From: a virus
Lineage: Duplodnaviria; Caudoviricetes
IMG/VR virus record: IMGVR_UViG_3300014208_000006
Span: 1,557 to 65,556 of that record
Direction: 5' to 3' (one strand)
Length of the DNA: 64,000 bases
The position numbers and the translations under genes are program-made. Shown here piece after piece: positions 1 to 8,988 of the stretch. Under the pieces are notes generated by a model. It saw only the letters and a program-made list of their open reading frames with translations, was not told the origin of the DNA and ran no database searches. Each line of letters starts with the position of its first letter. The stretch's first letter is position 1.

Positions 1-421
1 CTATCTGCGAATTCAGGGCATCGGCCTTGGCGCTGGCATCGGCGTATAGCTTGCGTGCCTCGTCGGCCCGGCCCTGGGCGAAGAGGGTTTCCCGCTCGGC
101 GGCGGCGGCACGATCCTCGGGCGACACGGCCACGCTGCCGAGCAGCCGCAGGCTGAAGGTGATCTCGGCCTCGATGATGATCTGCTGGGGGGATTTCGGG
201 GCGGCCTTGTTCTGCCGGTCAACGACCTCCATGGAGGCGGCCAGCTTGGAATCGCGCTCCGCTTGCGCCTTCGCGACGGCGGCCGCAGCCTGGGCGGCTT
301 CATCGACGGCAACGACGACCGGGGCCAGCACCGTGGGATTGGCCGGGGGCGTAACGGGCTGCTGCGTCTTGCACGACGCCAAGAGCAGCAAGCAGGCGAG
401 AATGAGGCGCGGGGCTTTCAT
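1..421 (-). CDS. Lipoprotein with coiled coil (spanin-like candidate), truncated by window edge
   Basis: Not in ORF track; read manually from ATG 421: MKAPRLILACLLLLASC (lipobox), then Pro-rich linker and helical A/E/K-rich region; open to position 1; ATGA overlap with upstream gene. Confidence 0.6.
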   Translation of the reverse strand, partial: MKAPRLILACLLLLASCKTQQPVTPPANPTVLAPVVVAVDEAAQAAAAVAKAQAERDSKLAASMEVVDRQNKAAPKSPQQIIIEAEITFSLRLLGSVAVSPEDRAAAAERETLFAQGRADEARKLYADASAKADALNSQI

Positions 422-954
422 GGCTTTACGGGCGCCCATACAAATTGAACGTTCTTGCCAGTGGCGCGTGCCACGTAGTTGTCGGGCGTCACCCAAGGGC
501 GGTCAGCCTTCGGGTTGGTCTCGGGGTTGTCCCCCTGCGCAATCCAGTTGCCGGCCTGCTTGGCAACGAGGCGGTGCAGGGTGAACTTGCCGGTGCCGCG
601 AAGGTAGTCCCAGAACACAACAATATCGCCCTGCTTCAGTTGGTCGAAGGTCACGCCGATTTCGATTTCAGCAAGCCCGGCCTCGGGGAGAGTCGGCAGC
701 ATGGACTTGCCCGTATAGGGAATCCATGCGGCAAGCGTCGGCTTCGGGGTGGTGGTCGGAATCTCCCGCTTGGAGCAACCGAACGCCACGGCCAGAATCA
801 GCACCGCAAGCGCCACGCTGATGACCACGCGGGCGATCAGCTTGTTGTCGCGGTTGAACATCAGCCAGCGGCTTGCGCGCTTCATCCACGGAAAAGCGTC
901 GCGTGGAACGAGCCACCCGAGCACGAATCCGAGGATGAAGGCGGCTGCGGTCAT
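418..954 (-). CDS. S26 family signal peptidase I-like protease (Ser-His, SipW/Sec11 type)
   Basis: GKSMLPTL (catalytic Ser box), LKQGDIVVF, LHRLV (His general base), QGDN..D; N-terminal hydrophobic segments; start taken at MTAAAF. Confidence 0.75.
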   Translation of the reverse strand: MTAAAFILGFVLGWLVPRDAFPWMKRASRWLMFNRDNKLIARVVISVALAVLILAVAFGCSKREIPTTTPKPTLAAWIPYTGKSMLPTLPEAGLAEIEIGVTFDQLKQGDIVVFWDYLRGTGKFTLHRLVAKQAGNWIAQGDNPETNPKADRPWVTPDNYVARATGKNVQFVWAPVKP

Positions 955-961
955 GGCCTGC

Positions 962-1363
962 TCAGTCGGCCCGCTCGTAGAAGCCATCCAGCTCGAAGAT
1001 GGTAACGAGCGCCAAATCCTCCTCGCTGAGCAGTGGATCACCCACGGCGGTGACGACGTGAAACGGGTTCAGGTGTTCCGTGTCGGAAGGCAGGTAGTAG
1101 GCCGGGGTATTCTCGGCGGTGGCCGCGACGGTCCACTTGCGCGACACATAGGGATGCACGGACTGCTCCATGAGCGTCGTGTTGTGCTCGATGCAGTATT
1201 CCGTTGGCACGGCCTGAGGGTCAGCCGGGTCGGCGTTCTGCATGACCTGGCCCCATGTCCAGCCGTAGCCGCCATCGCAGAGCTTGACGAAAACGCCGAG
1301 GCGCTTTGTGAGGTGAATAAGTTGATCGAGATTGTTGGACTTAAACCATGTGACGTTTGACAT
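962..1363 (-). CDS. Hypothetical protein
   Basis: 133-aa ORF co-oriented in late operon. Confidence 0.6.
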   Translation of the reverse strand: MSNVTWFKSNNLDQLIHLTKRLGVFVKLCDGGYGWTWGQVMQNADPADPQAVPTEYCIEHNTTLMEQSVHPYVSRKWTVAATAENTPAYYLPSDTEHLNPFHVVTAVGDPLLSEEDLALVTIFELDGFYERAD

Positions 1364-1399
1364 GTTGGTATCGGGTTGAGGGTTGAGCGTGGAAATAGG

Positions 1400-2770
1400 T
1401 TAAGCGGCCATCGGAATGCGCATCCGGCGCATCATGTCACGGGCCACGCGCTGCTGCGCGATTTCGTCGTGATTTGAAGGGTAGGCGAGGATTTCGGAGA
1501 CGGTGATGTTGGCGTAATTGCTGCCGACTCCACGGGCCCCCAGTGTGATGCCGTTGGGGGCAAGCGTCCCAGCGTTTCCAGTAACAGCAGTCCCGCGATT
1601 GACTCGATTAGAGGACGCCGCGCCGTTGAATACCGTTGAGACAATGCCATTTGTTGCGACGGCCAATCCTGCGTTTTCACCTGTCTGTGAGCCGGCGTAT
1701 ATGCGAAGCGCAGGCGTTGTTGCGCCCTGCCGCAGAATCATGGCGGCATCAGTTCCGCCATCATAGATCGTATCGTCAACTGTCCACGTCACCTGACTCC
1801 CCACAAAGTAAACCGTCACCGGCTGCCCCAGCGCAAACGCCGGGGACTTGGAATAATCGTTCGCCCCGTCGTAAGTGAAGCGTCCCGGACCATTCGCCGT
1901 CGGAGCCGTGTAGACCGACATCTTGGTTGACGTAAACTGCGCGAGGTCACGGGCACCTGCGATGCGTGCGCCGGTATCGCCAGTGGAGTTGATCGTGACG
2001 GTGGCGGCGTTGGCGCTGCGCTCCGTGACCGTGCCGGCCAGCTTGGCGGCTACGGATGGGTCGAAGTCGAAGGCCAGCGTTCCGTCGATGCCGTTGTAAA
2101 TTTGGGCGCGGTAGATGTTGCCATCGCAAAAGTCGCTTGTTCCCGCGAAACTTGCTCCAACGTTAATGGTGGCACTAGAGCTAAAAATACTGGTTGCTGC
2201 GCCCCCGGTTACGGTAGTGCCCAACTGCGTCCAAGTTAGTCCGTCGTCGGATGTATAGAAGTTTACTTCATATACCCCGCCTCCGTTTGAAACATTGAGA
2301 GTGGCCCTAATGGTTTTTCTGCTGTTTGCCGCAAGTCCAACCGCAACGGTGCTATTGCCCGTAATAACGGTGCCTGAAGTTCCAAGTGTGCTCCACCCAA
2401 TAGAAATACCACCAGTGACATTAGAGAACAGTCGGTAGCTTCTTTGGTCGCCCGTGCCAGTGTATTTTCCAACGAAAACCTGCACGCTCCCGCTTGACCA
2501 ATTCTTGAGCGCAACATCGGCCCGCAAATCAATATCCCCGGTAATATCTAATGCCTCCGAATGAGGCGCACTCGCATAATTCCCCGCCACCCCATTCAGG
2601 CACAGCACGTTCACCGCGCTGTTGCCGGATTTGTCGTATTGGAGAATGGCGCGATTGCTTCCGTCAATAGTCGCATCCTCCGGCCTCGCCTCATAGTGCG
2701 CGGCGGGAAAGCGGAAGACGGGCGCCCTCCACTCGCGGCGGCTATAAACGGCGAATTGAGCTGCGTTCAT
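1400..2770 (-). CDS. Tail/receptor-binding protein with LamG/concanavalin-like domains
   Basis: LNGVAGNYASAP, FDFDP, YDGANDY, ITLGARG..SEILAY LamG-type strands; Asp-box SDDGLTW; true start MNAAQF at 2770 (the track's 5' extension overlaps other genes). Confidence 0.7.
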   Translation of the reverse strand: MNAAQFAVYSRREWRAPVFRFPAAHYEARPEDATIDGSNRAILQYDKSGNSAVNVLCLNGVAGNYASAPHSEALDITGDIDLRADVALKNWSSGSVQVFVGKYTGTGDQRSYRLFSNVTGGISIGWSTLGTSGTVITGNSTVAVGLAANSRKTIRATLNVSNGGGVYEVNFYTSDDGLTWTQLGTTVTGGAATSIFSSSATINVGASFAGTSDFCDGNIYRAQIYNGIDGTLAFDFDPSVAAKLAGTVTERSANAATVTINSTGDTGARIAGARDLAQFTSTKMSVYTAPTANGPGRFTYDGANDYSKSPAFALGQPVTVYFVGSQVTWTVDDTIYDGGTDAAMILRQGATTPALRIYAGSQTGENAGLAVATNGIVSTVFNGAASSNRVNRGTAVTGNAGTLAPNGITLGARGVGSNYANITVSEILAYPSNHDEIAQQRVARDMMRRMRIPMAA

Positions 2771-2775
2771 GGCGC

Positions 2776-3483
2776 TTAGGAGGCCGCCGAGAAGTTGAAG
2801 AGCACCTCGATGTCGCCGGCATCGGCCAGGTTGATGCCGTCGGCGAGCAGCACCCAGCCGGCCCAGAGCGAGGTCGTGGCAGCAGACTTGAGCAGGCGGC
2901 CGGCATACGGGATATCGGCCACGGCTTGCGTGCCGGTCGTGATGTAGTCCGCGGCGCTCACATCGATGCGGGCGATAATCTTGGAGCGGTCGGTGCTGAA
3001 CACGGCAGCGGCGTTGTCGGTGAGCGTGGCCACCGCAGGATCGGAGTCGAAGATGTAGATGTAGCCGCTCGGCTTCTGGTTGGAGTTGTCGGTGATGAGC
3101 AGGTTTTCCAGACGGCTCGCACCGCCGGCCACACGCACGGCATTGGCGAGGACGATCTTGCCGCCGAGAGAGTCGCCCGTCGAGTAGTTGGGCGTGGCGC
3201 TGGCGGTGAGGGTGACGCGCACGGGAAGCGAGGCCCCGACGGTCACGACCGCCGCGCCGTCGGATGTCAGGAACGCCGTGATTTTGGCGAGCAGGCGCTT
3301 GACCAGGGCGATGAGCGAGAACGTGCCGGTGTCGGTCGTGGCCGCGGTGTCGGCTTTGGCGCCGATGCCCGCTGAGATTGAACCGGCTGTGCCGCCGAGC
3401 GCCGTCAGAATGTCCTGCCCGGTCTGCTCGTTGATGGGCTCGCGTGAGAGCCGGGTGGTGGTGAGGGAAGAGGGAACGGGCAT
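2776..3483 (-). CDS. Putative virion structural protein
   Basis: 235-aa A/T/G-rich beta-type protein among structural genes. Confidence 0.55.
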   Translation of the reverse strand: MPVPSSLTTTRLSREPINEQTGQDILTALGGTAGSISAGIGAKADTAATTDTGTFSLIALVKRLLAKITAFLTSDGAAVVTVGASLPVRVTLTASATPNYSTGDSLGGKIVLANAVRVAGGASRLENLLITDNSNQKPSGYIYIFDSDPAVATLTDNAAAVFSTDRSKIIARIDVSAADYITTGTQAVADIPYAGRLLKSAATTSLWAGWVLLADGINLADAGDIEVLFNFSAAS

Positions 3484-3505
3484 GGTGAAGTGAGGTTAAG
3501 GGTTG

Positions 3506-3530
3506 GCTCCCGGTTTGCTGTCCCGGGAGC
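3506..3530 (-). terminator. Stem-loop (possible terminator/attenuator)
   Basis: GCTCCCGG-9nt-CCGGGAGC in intergenic gap; weak U tract. Confidence 0.35.
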
Positions 3531-3548
3531 GGAAACCAGCTTTGGCGG

Positions 3549-4709
3549 TTAGGCGGCGGCGCCGGCCTTGGCAGCCATGTCGAACACCGTCCAAGTATCA
3601 GCCGCCGTGCAGACGCAGATGACGCCCTTGCTAGCCGCAATCGCGCAACCGGCATCGGCGACTCCGCCGTTGATCGTGCCACCGGCCGCGGCGAACAGGT
3701 TGCAGGCCGTGCCGGACGTGTTGATGATCTGGATGACCTGCCCGGCAACGCCCGTCAGGAGCTTGACGCCCTTGGTGGCGCCGTCGGAACTGACCAGTGC
3801 GAAGTTGACCGCACCGATAGCCGCGGCACCCGCAACACCGCCACCCGCGCCAGTGGCAGCAACCGGAGTCGCCACGAGGCTCGAGCGTTGCACCCCGGAG
3901 ATGATCGGGCTGGCGAGGGTCTTGTTGGAAAGCGTCTGGGCGAGGGTGATGAACGCATACGTGTCGTTTACGTTCGCGAAGTCGGGGATCGTCAGGGTAG
4001 CCGTGCCGACGGTCTGCGCGGCCATGGATTCGGTCACGAGATAGGCGGAGGCATCGGCCACCGTGCGCTTGAGCCCGCCAGAGGTCTTGCCGAGCACCTG
4101 AACATAGCCGGTATTGGTCTTGCCGGTTGCCGTCGAGACAAACGGGGTGGCAGCATCAGCGGTGACTGATCCGAGTGTCGCGGCGCCATCGGCGTCGAGC
4201 GTGCCGGTGACAGAGGCATTGCCGCCTACCGTCAAGTCGTTCGTCACCGCCAGCGAGTCAGCCGATGCGCCAGGATAGAACGCCTTCCAGCCGATCGCCG
4301 CGCTAATGTAGCGCAGAACCACGCGGCCGTATTCGGTCGAGAGCGTCAGGTCGGACGTGCCGGAGTTGATCTTGAGACCATTGCGTCCCGCCGTGACGTT
4401 GTTGGTGTCCCATGTGCCGGCGGGATCGAAAAGCTCGATTTCATCACCAGCCTCGGCGACGGCCGGGAGCGTGATGGTCAGCGCGCCCGCGGTCGTGTTG
4501 ACGCCGAGGATGTCGCCGGAAACAGCCGTGTAGGCCGCGGCCTTGAGCACGAAACCGCCGTTGTCAGCGACGAGCTCGCCATCGGCATTGAACTTGAGGA
4601 CGCCGTTGACGAGTTTCGGCAAGTAGCGAATGGCGTCGAAACGCCGAATGAGGGTCTTGAGGACGAGGGCGCCCATTGACGATCTCTTGGAGAGTGCGGA
4701 TGTTGACAT
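3549..4709 (-). CDS. Tail fibre/virion appendage protein
   Basis: AYTAVSGDILGVNTTAGALTITLPA..GDEI..D..GTW..NNVT..RNG.KING repeat typical of phage fibre proteins. Confidence 0.6.
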   Translation of the reverse strand: MSTSALSKRSSMGALVLKTLIRRFDAIRYLPKLVNGVLKFNADGELVADNGGFVLKAAAYTAVSGDILGVNTTAGALTITLPAVAEAGDEIELFDPAGTWDTNNVTAGRNGLKINSGTSDLTLSTEYGRVVLRYISAAIGWKAFYPGASADSLAVTNDLTVGGNASVTGTLDADGAATLGSVTADAATPFVSTATGKTNTGYVQVLGKTSGGLKRTVADASAYLVTESMAAQTVGTATLTIPDFANVNDTYAFITLAQTLSNKTLASPIISGVQRSSLVATPVAATGAGGGVAGAAAIGAVNFALVSSDGATKGVKLLTGVAGQVIQIINTSGTACNLFAAAGGTINGGVADAGCAIAASKGVICVCTAADTWTVFDMAAKAGAAA

Positions 4710-4747
4710 GTTATTTTCGGGTTGAGTGGTGGAATCAGATGCGTGCC

Positions 4748-4785
4748 GAAGATGGCAGAATTAGGATGGTCCGGGCGGTTGCATT
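4748..4785 (-). promoter_or_regulatory. Late promoter motif copy A
   Basis: AATGCAACCGCC followed by CATCTT (-10-like) at motif positions 32-37. Confidence 0.5.
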
Positions 4786-5076
4786 TCAGGCCTTTCCCGT
4801 CCGCTCGCGTTCCTTCTCCGCTCGGTTCACTTCACCCTCGAGGGAAGTCAGGAGCGTTTTCAAAATCTTCTCGGGGGTGTGGTTCTCGACCAGGAACTGC
4901 CGGGCCCGGACGAGCAGCTCGCGTTCACCTGTCGGCGTCTCGGGGTTAAATATCTTGGCGTCGATGGACTGCCCCATGACTTCCTTCTGCCTGGCGCAGT
5001 AGACGGGCCACCCGGGGTTATGCTCGAGGCTGTTCAGGGCCATCAGGCGCCCCTTGGGGTTGGTTTCTTCAGACAT
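4786..5076 (-). CDS. Hypothetical protein downstream of portal
   Basis: MSEETNPK... 96 aa, overlaps portal stop. Confidence 0.6.
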   Translation of the reverse strand: MSEETNPKGRLMALNSLEHNPGWPVYCARQKEVMGQSIDAKIFNPETPTGERELLVRARQFLVENHTPEKILKTLLTSLEGEVNRAEKERERTGKA

Positions 5077-7135
5077 TGGCGGTTGCGGTTGCGGCTGGGG
5101 TTGGCTGGGCAAAAGGCACCACGGCGCCACCTTCGGCAGGAGCGGCAGGCTGCCCGCCCTCCCCTCCTTCCTGTTTCTCGGTGGCCGGGGCGGCAGCCGG
5201 CGGCATGGGCATGCCCGGAGTGACCGGAACCATCGTCATCTGCCCAGTAAGCGGATCCACGGCAGGCATCATCGGCGGCGGCAGCAACGTCTCCACGTCG
5301 TCATGCCCGAGCAGGAACAGGATGCTTTTCATCACCGGCCTGACAATGGCCTGGAACTGCGGCGGATAGCTGATGTATTCCTTGATCGTCTGCAGGGTGA
5401 GCTGCTGTTCCTGCAGCTTCTGCGTGGAATTGTCCTTCGAGATGATCAGCCGGGCATTCACCATCATGTCCTTGACGGACTGCTCGGTGATGAAGCCCAT
5501 CTGCGTCGTGTCGCCTTCGAGGTAGGTGTAAACCTCCTCCGGGTTCATCGTCGCCAGGGCGATCTGCACGAGCTTTGTCAGGTGGTCCTCCAGCCCCCGG
5601 GTGACTCTGCGGGTCCAGCGTTTCGAAAGCTTGCTGGCCTCCTTGAGCGAAGCCTCCTGCCCGCCCAGCGTGGTGTTCTGCGGAACGTCCGAGTAGTCGC
5701 CGCGGGCGATATTCGAAATTCCGAGCCAGAAATAGACCCATGCAATCGCCTTGTCGATCATCTCGTCCGTGTCGGAGTCGGCATTCGGGATGACGAAAGC
5801 CTGCAGCCAGTCCTGCATCGTCTTGCCGTGCTCGAGGGTGACGACTTCGAACGGCTGCATGTCGAGGAACGACTTCCGCTCAACGATGGCGTCCGGGTTC
5901 TGGCCGAGAATGGGGTTCGCGTTGATGGAGTTGCGGAACGACTTCCGGTTCCATTGCTTGTCGATATACTCCTGGAATGGAGCCATCATCTCGGGCATCG
6001 ACGGGCCCCACCAGAATTTCTTGTGCTTGCAGACCGCCGTGACCGTGTAGGGGTGGCGACCGTGCGGCGTGACCTTCTTCTGGAATTCGTAGTCGATCAG
6101 GGTTTCGCTCTTCGGCTCCCACCAGACGACGACGCGCTGCGGGGTGCCCCAGCCGAGAATATCGCGCTCAACCCAGCACTCCACGATCCCGAAGGATGCG
6201 CTGTCCATGTCGAACGCCTTCGCCTCCTTGGCGATCTTCTTGCGGGAGTCCTGCGTCTTGCGGCCGGCGCCGGCGTTGCGGACATTCGACTCAAAATCCT
6301 TCCACTTCATCCATTCGCGATCGAGAAAGCGGGCCTTCACCCAATGCGCGGGCTTGTCGTAGAACTCGGCGATACAGTCCGCCTCGTCCGGAGAGCGCAG
6401 GTCGGTGGGGATCAGGATGCAGTCACTGTCAACCTCCCGCGACTTCGGGCCTGAGTAGAAGATGTCCTTGAAGCGAACCGGCTTTTTGAGCGGCGCGAAG
6501 TAGTATTTCTGCGGGTCCGTCGGATCCAGCGTCAGGGTCGGATCGGCCTCGAGCGCCATGACCGGGCCGGAAATCGGGTCAACTACCTCGATGAACTTGT
6601 CCCGCCCCTCGATGACATAGCCGTGTTCGAGGATGAGCACCGGCTCCTGGTCCTTGGCTGCGTGTAGCACGCTGACATCGTGCTCCTCCCACATGTCGAA
6701 GTCCTCGTCGTAGATGGCCTTGAGGAATTGCGCGCGGTGCCGGAAAAGCGAATGGTTGGACTCGAGCAGGTCGTCCCGGACCTTGCCCTGCTTGAACAGC
6801 TTGTAGTTGGCAAAGCGGTCGAGTCCGCGGGCGGTGTCCTGGTCGGCCGGACCCTCGGGCCCGAAGTTGCACATTGGCGAGCGGCCATAAACCTCCTCCT
6901 CGGTCCGCGCGCTGAAATGGTCAACGACGGTGGACGTGAGGGGGATCGGCATATTAGATTCGGCGAATATGCCTCCCTGCTTGGCGCGCTCGGCCTTGGA
7001 ATTCTCGTAGTCTTTGTCCGAAACCTTGTCCGCCTCGATGCGCTCACGGTTGTCCTGCTTCAATTCAACCAGCCGAGTTTTCAGCCAGAGCTTGAACTTA
7101 GCCTCGTGCTCCTGTGTTAGCCGCAGATGTCGCAT
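5069..7135 (-). CDS. Portal protein (podovirus-type head-tail connector)
   Basis: 688 aa; WVERD..GWG, GRHPY, WWGPSMPEMM.PFQEYID..WN...INANP, LGISNIARG, TTLGG motifs typical of portals. Confidence 0.8.
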   Translation of the reverse strand: MRHLRLTQEHEAKFKLWLKTRLVELKQDNRERIEADKVSDKDYENSKAERAKQGGIFAESNMPIPLTSTVVDHFSARTEEEVYGRSPMCNFGPEGPADQDTARGLDRFANYKLFKQGKVRDDLLESNHSLFRHRAQFLKAIYDEDFDMWEEHDVSVLHAAKDQEPVLILEHGYVIEGRDKFIEVVDPISGPVMALEADPTLTLDPTDPQKYYFAPLKKPVRFKDIFYSGPKSREVDSDCILIPTDLRSPDEADCIAEFYDKPAHWVKARFLDREWMKWKDFESNVRNAGAGRKTQDSRKKIAKEAKAFDMDSASFGIVECWVERDILGWGTPQRVVVWWEPKSETLIDYEFQKKVTPHGRHPYTVTAVCKHKKFWWGPSMPEMMAPFQEYIDKQWNRKSFRNSINANPILGQNPDAIVERKSFLDMQPFEVVTLEHGKTMQDWLQAFVIPNADSDTDEMIDKAIAWVYFWLGISNIARGDYSDVPQNTTLGGQEASLKEASKLSKRWTRRVTRGLEDHLTKLVQIALATMNPEEVYTYLEGDTTQMGFITEQSVKDMMVNARLIISKDNSTQKLQEQQLTLQTIKEYISYPPQFQAIVRPVMKSILFLLGHDDVETLLPPPMMPAVDPLTGQMTMVPVTPGMPMPPAAAPATEKQEGGEGGQPAAPAEGGAVVPFAQPTPAATATANV

Positions 7136-7142
7136 TTACGGC

Positions 7143-7180
7143 ATCCTGCCCAATCCTAGCCCGTTTTGGGCGGTTGCATT
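7143..7180 (-). promoter_or_regulatory. Late promoter motif copy B (portal, leaderless)
   Basis: AATGCAACCGCC, CAGGAT at positions 33-38, portal ATG 7 nt further. Confidence 0.55.
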
Positions 7181-7709
7181 ACCGCGTGGATGGGTGCTCT
7201 CCGTAAAGCTTTATCTCCATGCCCCTACGCCAAGAAACTACTGCCGCGAGGTAGATAGATGTCCATTCATACCTAGCGCCGTCCTTTTCGATCTGCGCTT
7301 TATACCTCAACGCCCCGCGGTTTCTGGTGGCAACAACCCCATACGGCAGGTGTTTGTATATCGTCCCGCGCTTAACCCCCTGATTGAACACATTCAGGGA
7401 TCGTGAAGCCGCCCGGAGATTATTCGCGCGGTTGTTGGTTTTGTTTGTATCTCGGTGATCAACCTCGTCGGGCATCTCGCCCGTGTGGAGGAAATAGGCA
7501 ATTCGGTGGACGAGCATGTTGTAAAACCTGCCATTAACAGTCAGACCCGCCTGAAGGTATCCGCTGGTCTTCATGCTCACCACGGGGCCCGGCTTCCCGA
7601 ATCTCCCGGAGGTAGCCACAATACGGCGAACCACGCCCGTATCTGGGTTGTAATCGAAGCAGCGCCTAATTTCGGTCTGCAGTTCTACCGGCCAAGTAAT
7701 TGCTTTCAT
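7179..7709 (-). CDS. HNH homing endonuclease
   Basis: FDYNPDTG, HRIAYFLHTG..VDHRD.NKTNNRANNLRAA. Confidence 0.85.
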   Translation of the reverse strand: MKAITWPVELQTEIRRCFDYNPDTGVVRRIVATSGRFGKPGPVVSMKTSGYLQAGLTVNGRFYNMLVHRIAYFLHTGEMPDEVDHRDTNKTNNRANNLRAASRSLNVFNQGVKRGTIYKHLPYGVVATRNRGALRYKAQIEKDGARYEWTSIYLAAVVSWRRGMEIKLYGEHPSTR

Positions 7710-7712
7710 GGT

Positions 7713-7949
7713 TCAAAAACTCGGCCTTGGGGTGTGGCGTGTGTCAACATAGTGCGCAATCATGCTCAAAGCCGCCGGCGCCATTTCTTCAAACGACCCC
7801 CACCCTTCGACCTCGCCGCAGACGGCCTGGATGATGAATTCTTCTTCGCTGGCCCGGACAGATGAGGCCATGAGCTTGATCTGGCGAAGCTGTGCCCGCG
7901 TGAAACGAACGATTACCGGTTGGAGTGGTGAGGATTTAGGATTATTCAT
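7713..7949 (-). CDS. Small DNA-binding protein (ribbon-helix-helix-like)
   Basis: VIVRFTRAQLRQIK..AS...SEEEFIIQAV pattern; divergent from XRE gene. Confidence 0.5.
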   Translation of the reverse strand: MNNPKSSPLQPVIVRFTRAQLRQIKLMASSVRASEEEFIIQAVCGEVEGWGSFEEMAPAALSMIAHYVDTRHTPRPSF

Positions 7950-8047
7950 ATGTGCTAGACCTAGTTATTCTTCTATGTTGGAACGTCAAGTCTTTTGCTA
8001 CACATTTTGTTTGACCCTAGCTATTTCGCTATCTAGGAAAGAAACCT
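7950..8047. promoter_or_regulatory. AT-rich divergent promoter region of moron
   Basis: TTGACC-17-TAGGAA on + and TTGACG-16-TAACTA on -; several CTAG palindromes. Confidence 0.35.
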
Positions 8048-8281
8048 ATGCAGGCAACAATGACCCCAAATCTCGTGAGTGCAGCCCGTAGCCTTCTCGG
8101 TTTATCTCAGGACGATCTCGCCAAACTCTCAGGCGTCAGCCGGGCCTCCATATCGAACTTCGAGCGGTCGGCCAGTGGTCTGATTGCACAGAACCGAAAG
8201 GCCGTGATCTCAAGCCTGGAAGCCGCGGGTATTGAATTCATCGAGGGAGGGGTGCGGCTTAAGCCGAAGGGGAAGAAGTGA
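8048..8281 (+). CDS. XRE-family HTH regulator
   Basis: AARSLLGLSQDDLAKLSGVSRASISNFER..LEAAGIEFI. Confidence 0.85.
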   Translation: MQATMTPNLVSAARSLLGLSQDDLAKLSGVSRASISNFERSASGLIAQNRKAVISSLEAAGIEFIEGGVRLKPKGKK

Positions 8282-8988
8282 AACGTATCCTGCTATTTTC
8301 TGCGCTGATTTCTGTCTGCTTGGCTCAGTCTGGTTCTGTTGCGGAATCCAACGAAAGAATCCGTCTTGATTTTGAGCAAAGGATGCGAGAGCGGGAGCAG
8401 TATCGCAGGGATTCCGAACGAAGGATTGAAGAGATTAAGCAGAGGGAAAAACTCCGCCGAGCGAACGAGCAATCGAGTGCGGCGCGAGAACAGGCACAGC
8501 AGGCGCAGGCTTCCGCTGACGAAGCGAACGTTCGGCTCGAACAGCTTGAATCGCGACTGGATGCGCAGGCGCGTCGCATGAATGAGTCCATTCCGCTTGA
8601 AACCTATCCCGGTGTCCTTGCCCGTCGCCTGCAAGACGGCGGAGTCTCGGCCTCGATCAATGGCTCTGCCATGCGTTTTGATAATCCCTCTGCCTACAAC
8701 CAGTATGTAGCCGGATTGGAGGCTGACCGAAAGCAACGCGCGGCCGAAGACGAACGCCGGCGTGTCGAGTATGAGAATGGCGTTAACGCGGCACGAGACC
8801 GCGCGTTCAAGAAATACCCTGTGTTCGCCGACGACAACAGCCTTGAGCGTCTAGCTCTTGATTCCTACGTCACCCGCTTTCTCAACAACGAGGCGAACAA
8901 ACCATACTTTCAGGATTCAAGCTGGCCGGAGAAAATCGCGGACCAATTCGCCGAAGCTTATCGGATCGGTCCGAATGGGCGGAAATAG
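8278..8988 (+). CDS. Sec-signal protein with coiled coil and a C-terminal scaffold-paralogous domain
   Basis: MKRILLFSALISVCLAQS signal; C-terminal 62 aa match 63320-63505 at 36/62 identities, ungapped. Confidence 0.75.
   Translation: MKRILLFSALISVCLAQSGSVAESNERIRLDFEQRMREREQYRRDSERRIEEIKQREKLRRANEQSSAAREQAQQAQASADEANVRLEQLESRLDAQARRMNESIPLETYPGVLARRLQDGGVSASINGSAMRFDNPSAYNQYVAGLEADRKQRAAEDERRRVEYENGVNAARDRAFKKYPVFADDNSLERLALDSYVTRFLNNEANKPYFQDSSWPEKIADQFAEAYRIGPNGRK

Noticed and set aside
2771-3748. 5' extension of the 782-aa ORF 1400-3748
   Set aside because: Overlaps two better genes in other frames and is Arg/His-rich nonsense; true start is at 2770
5054-6454. Long plus-strand ORF (466 aa), and similar shadows at 29939-31213(-), 51218-52432(-) and 61500-63047(+)
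   Set aside because: Antisense shadows of high-GC genes with recognisable products on the other strand; no motifs
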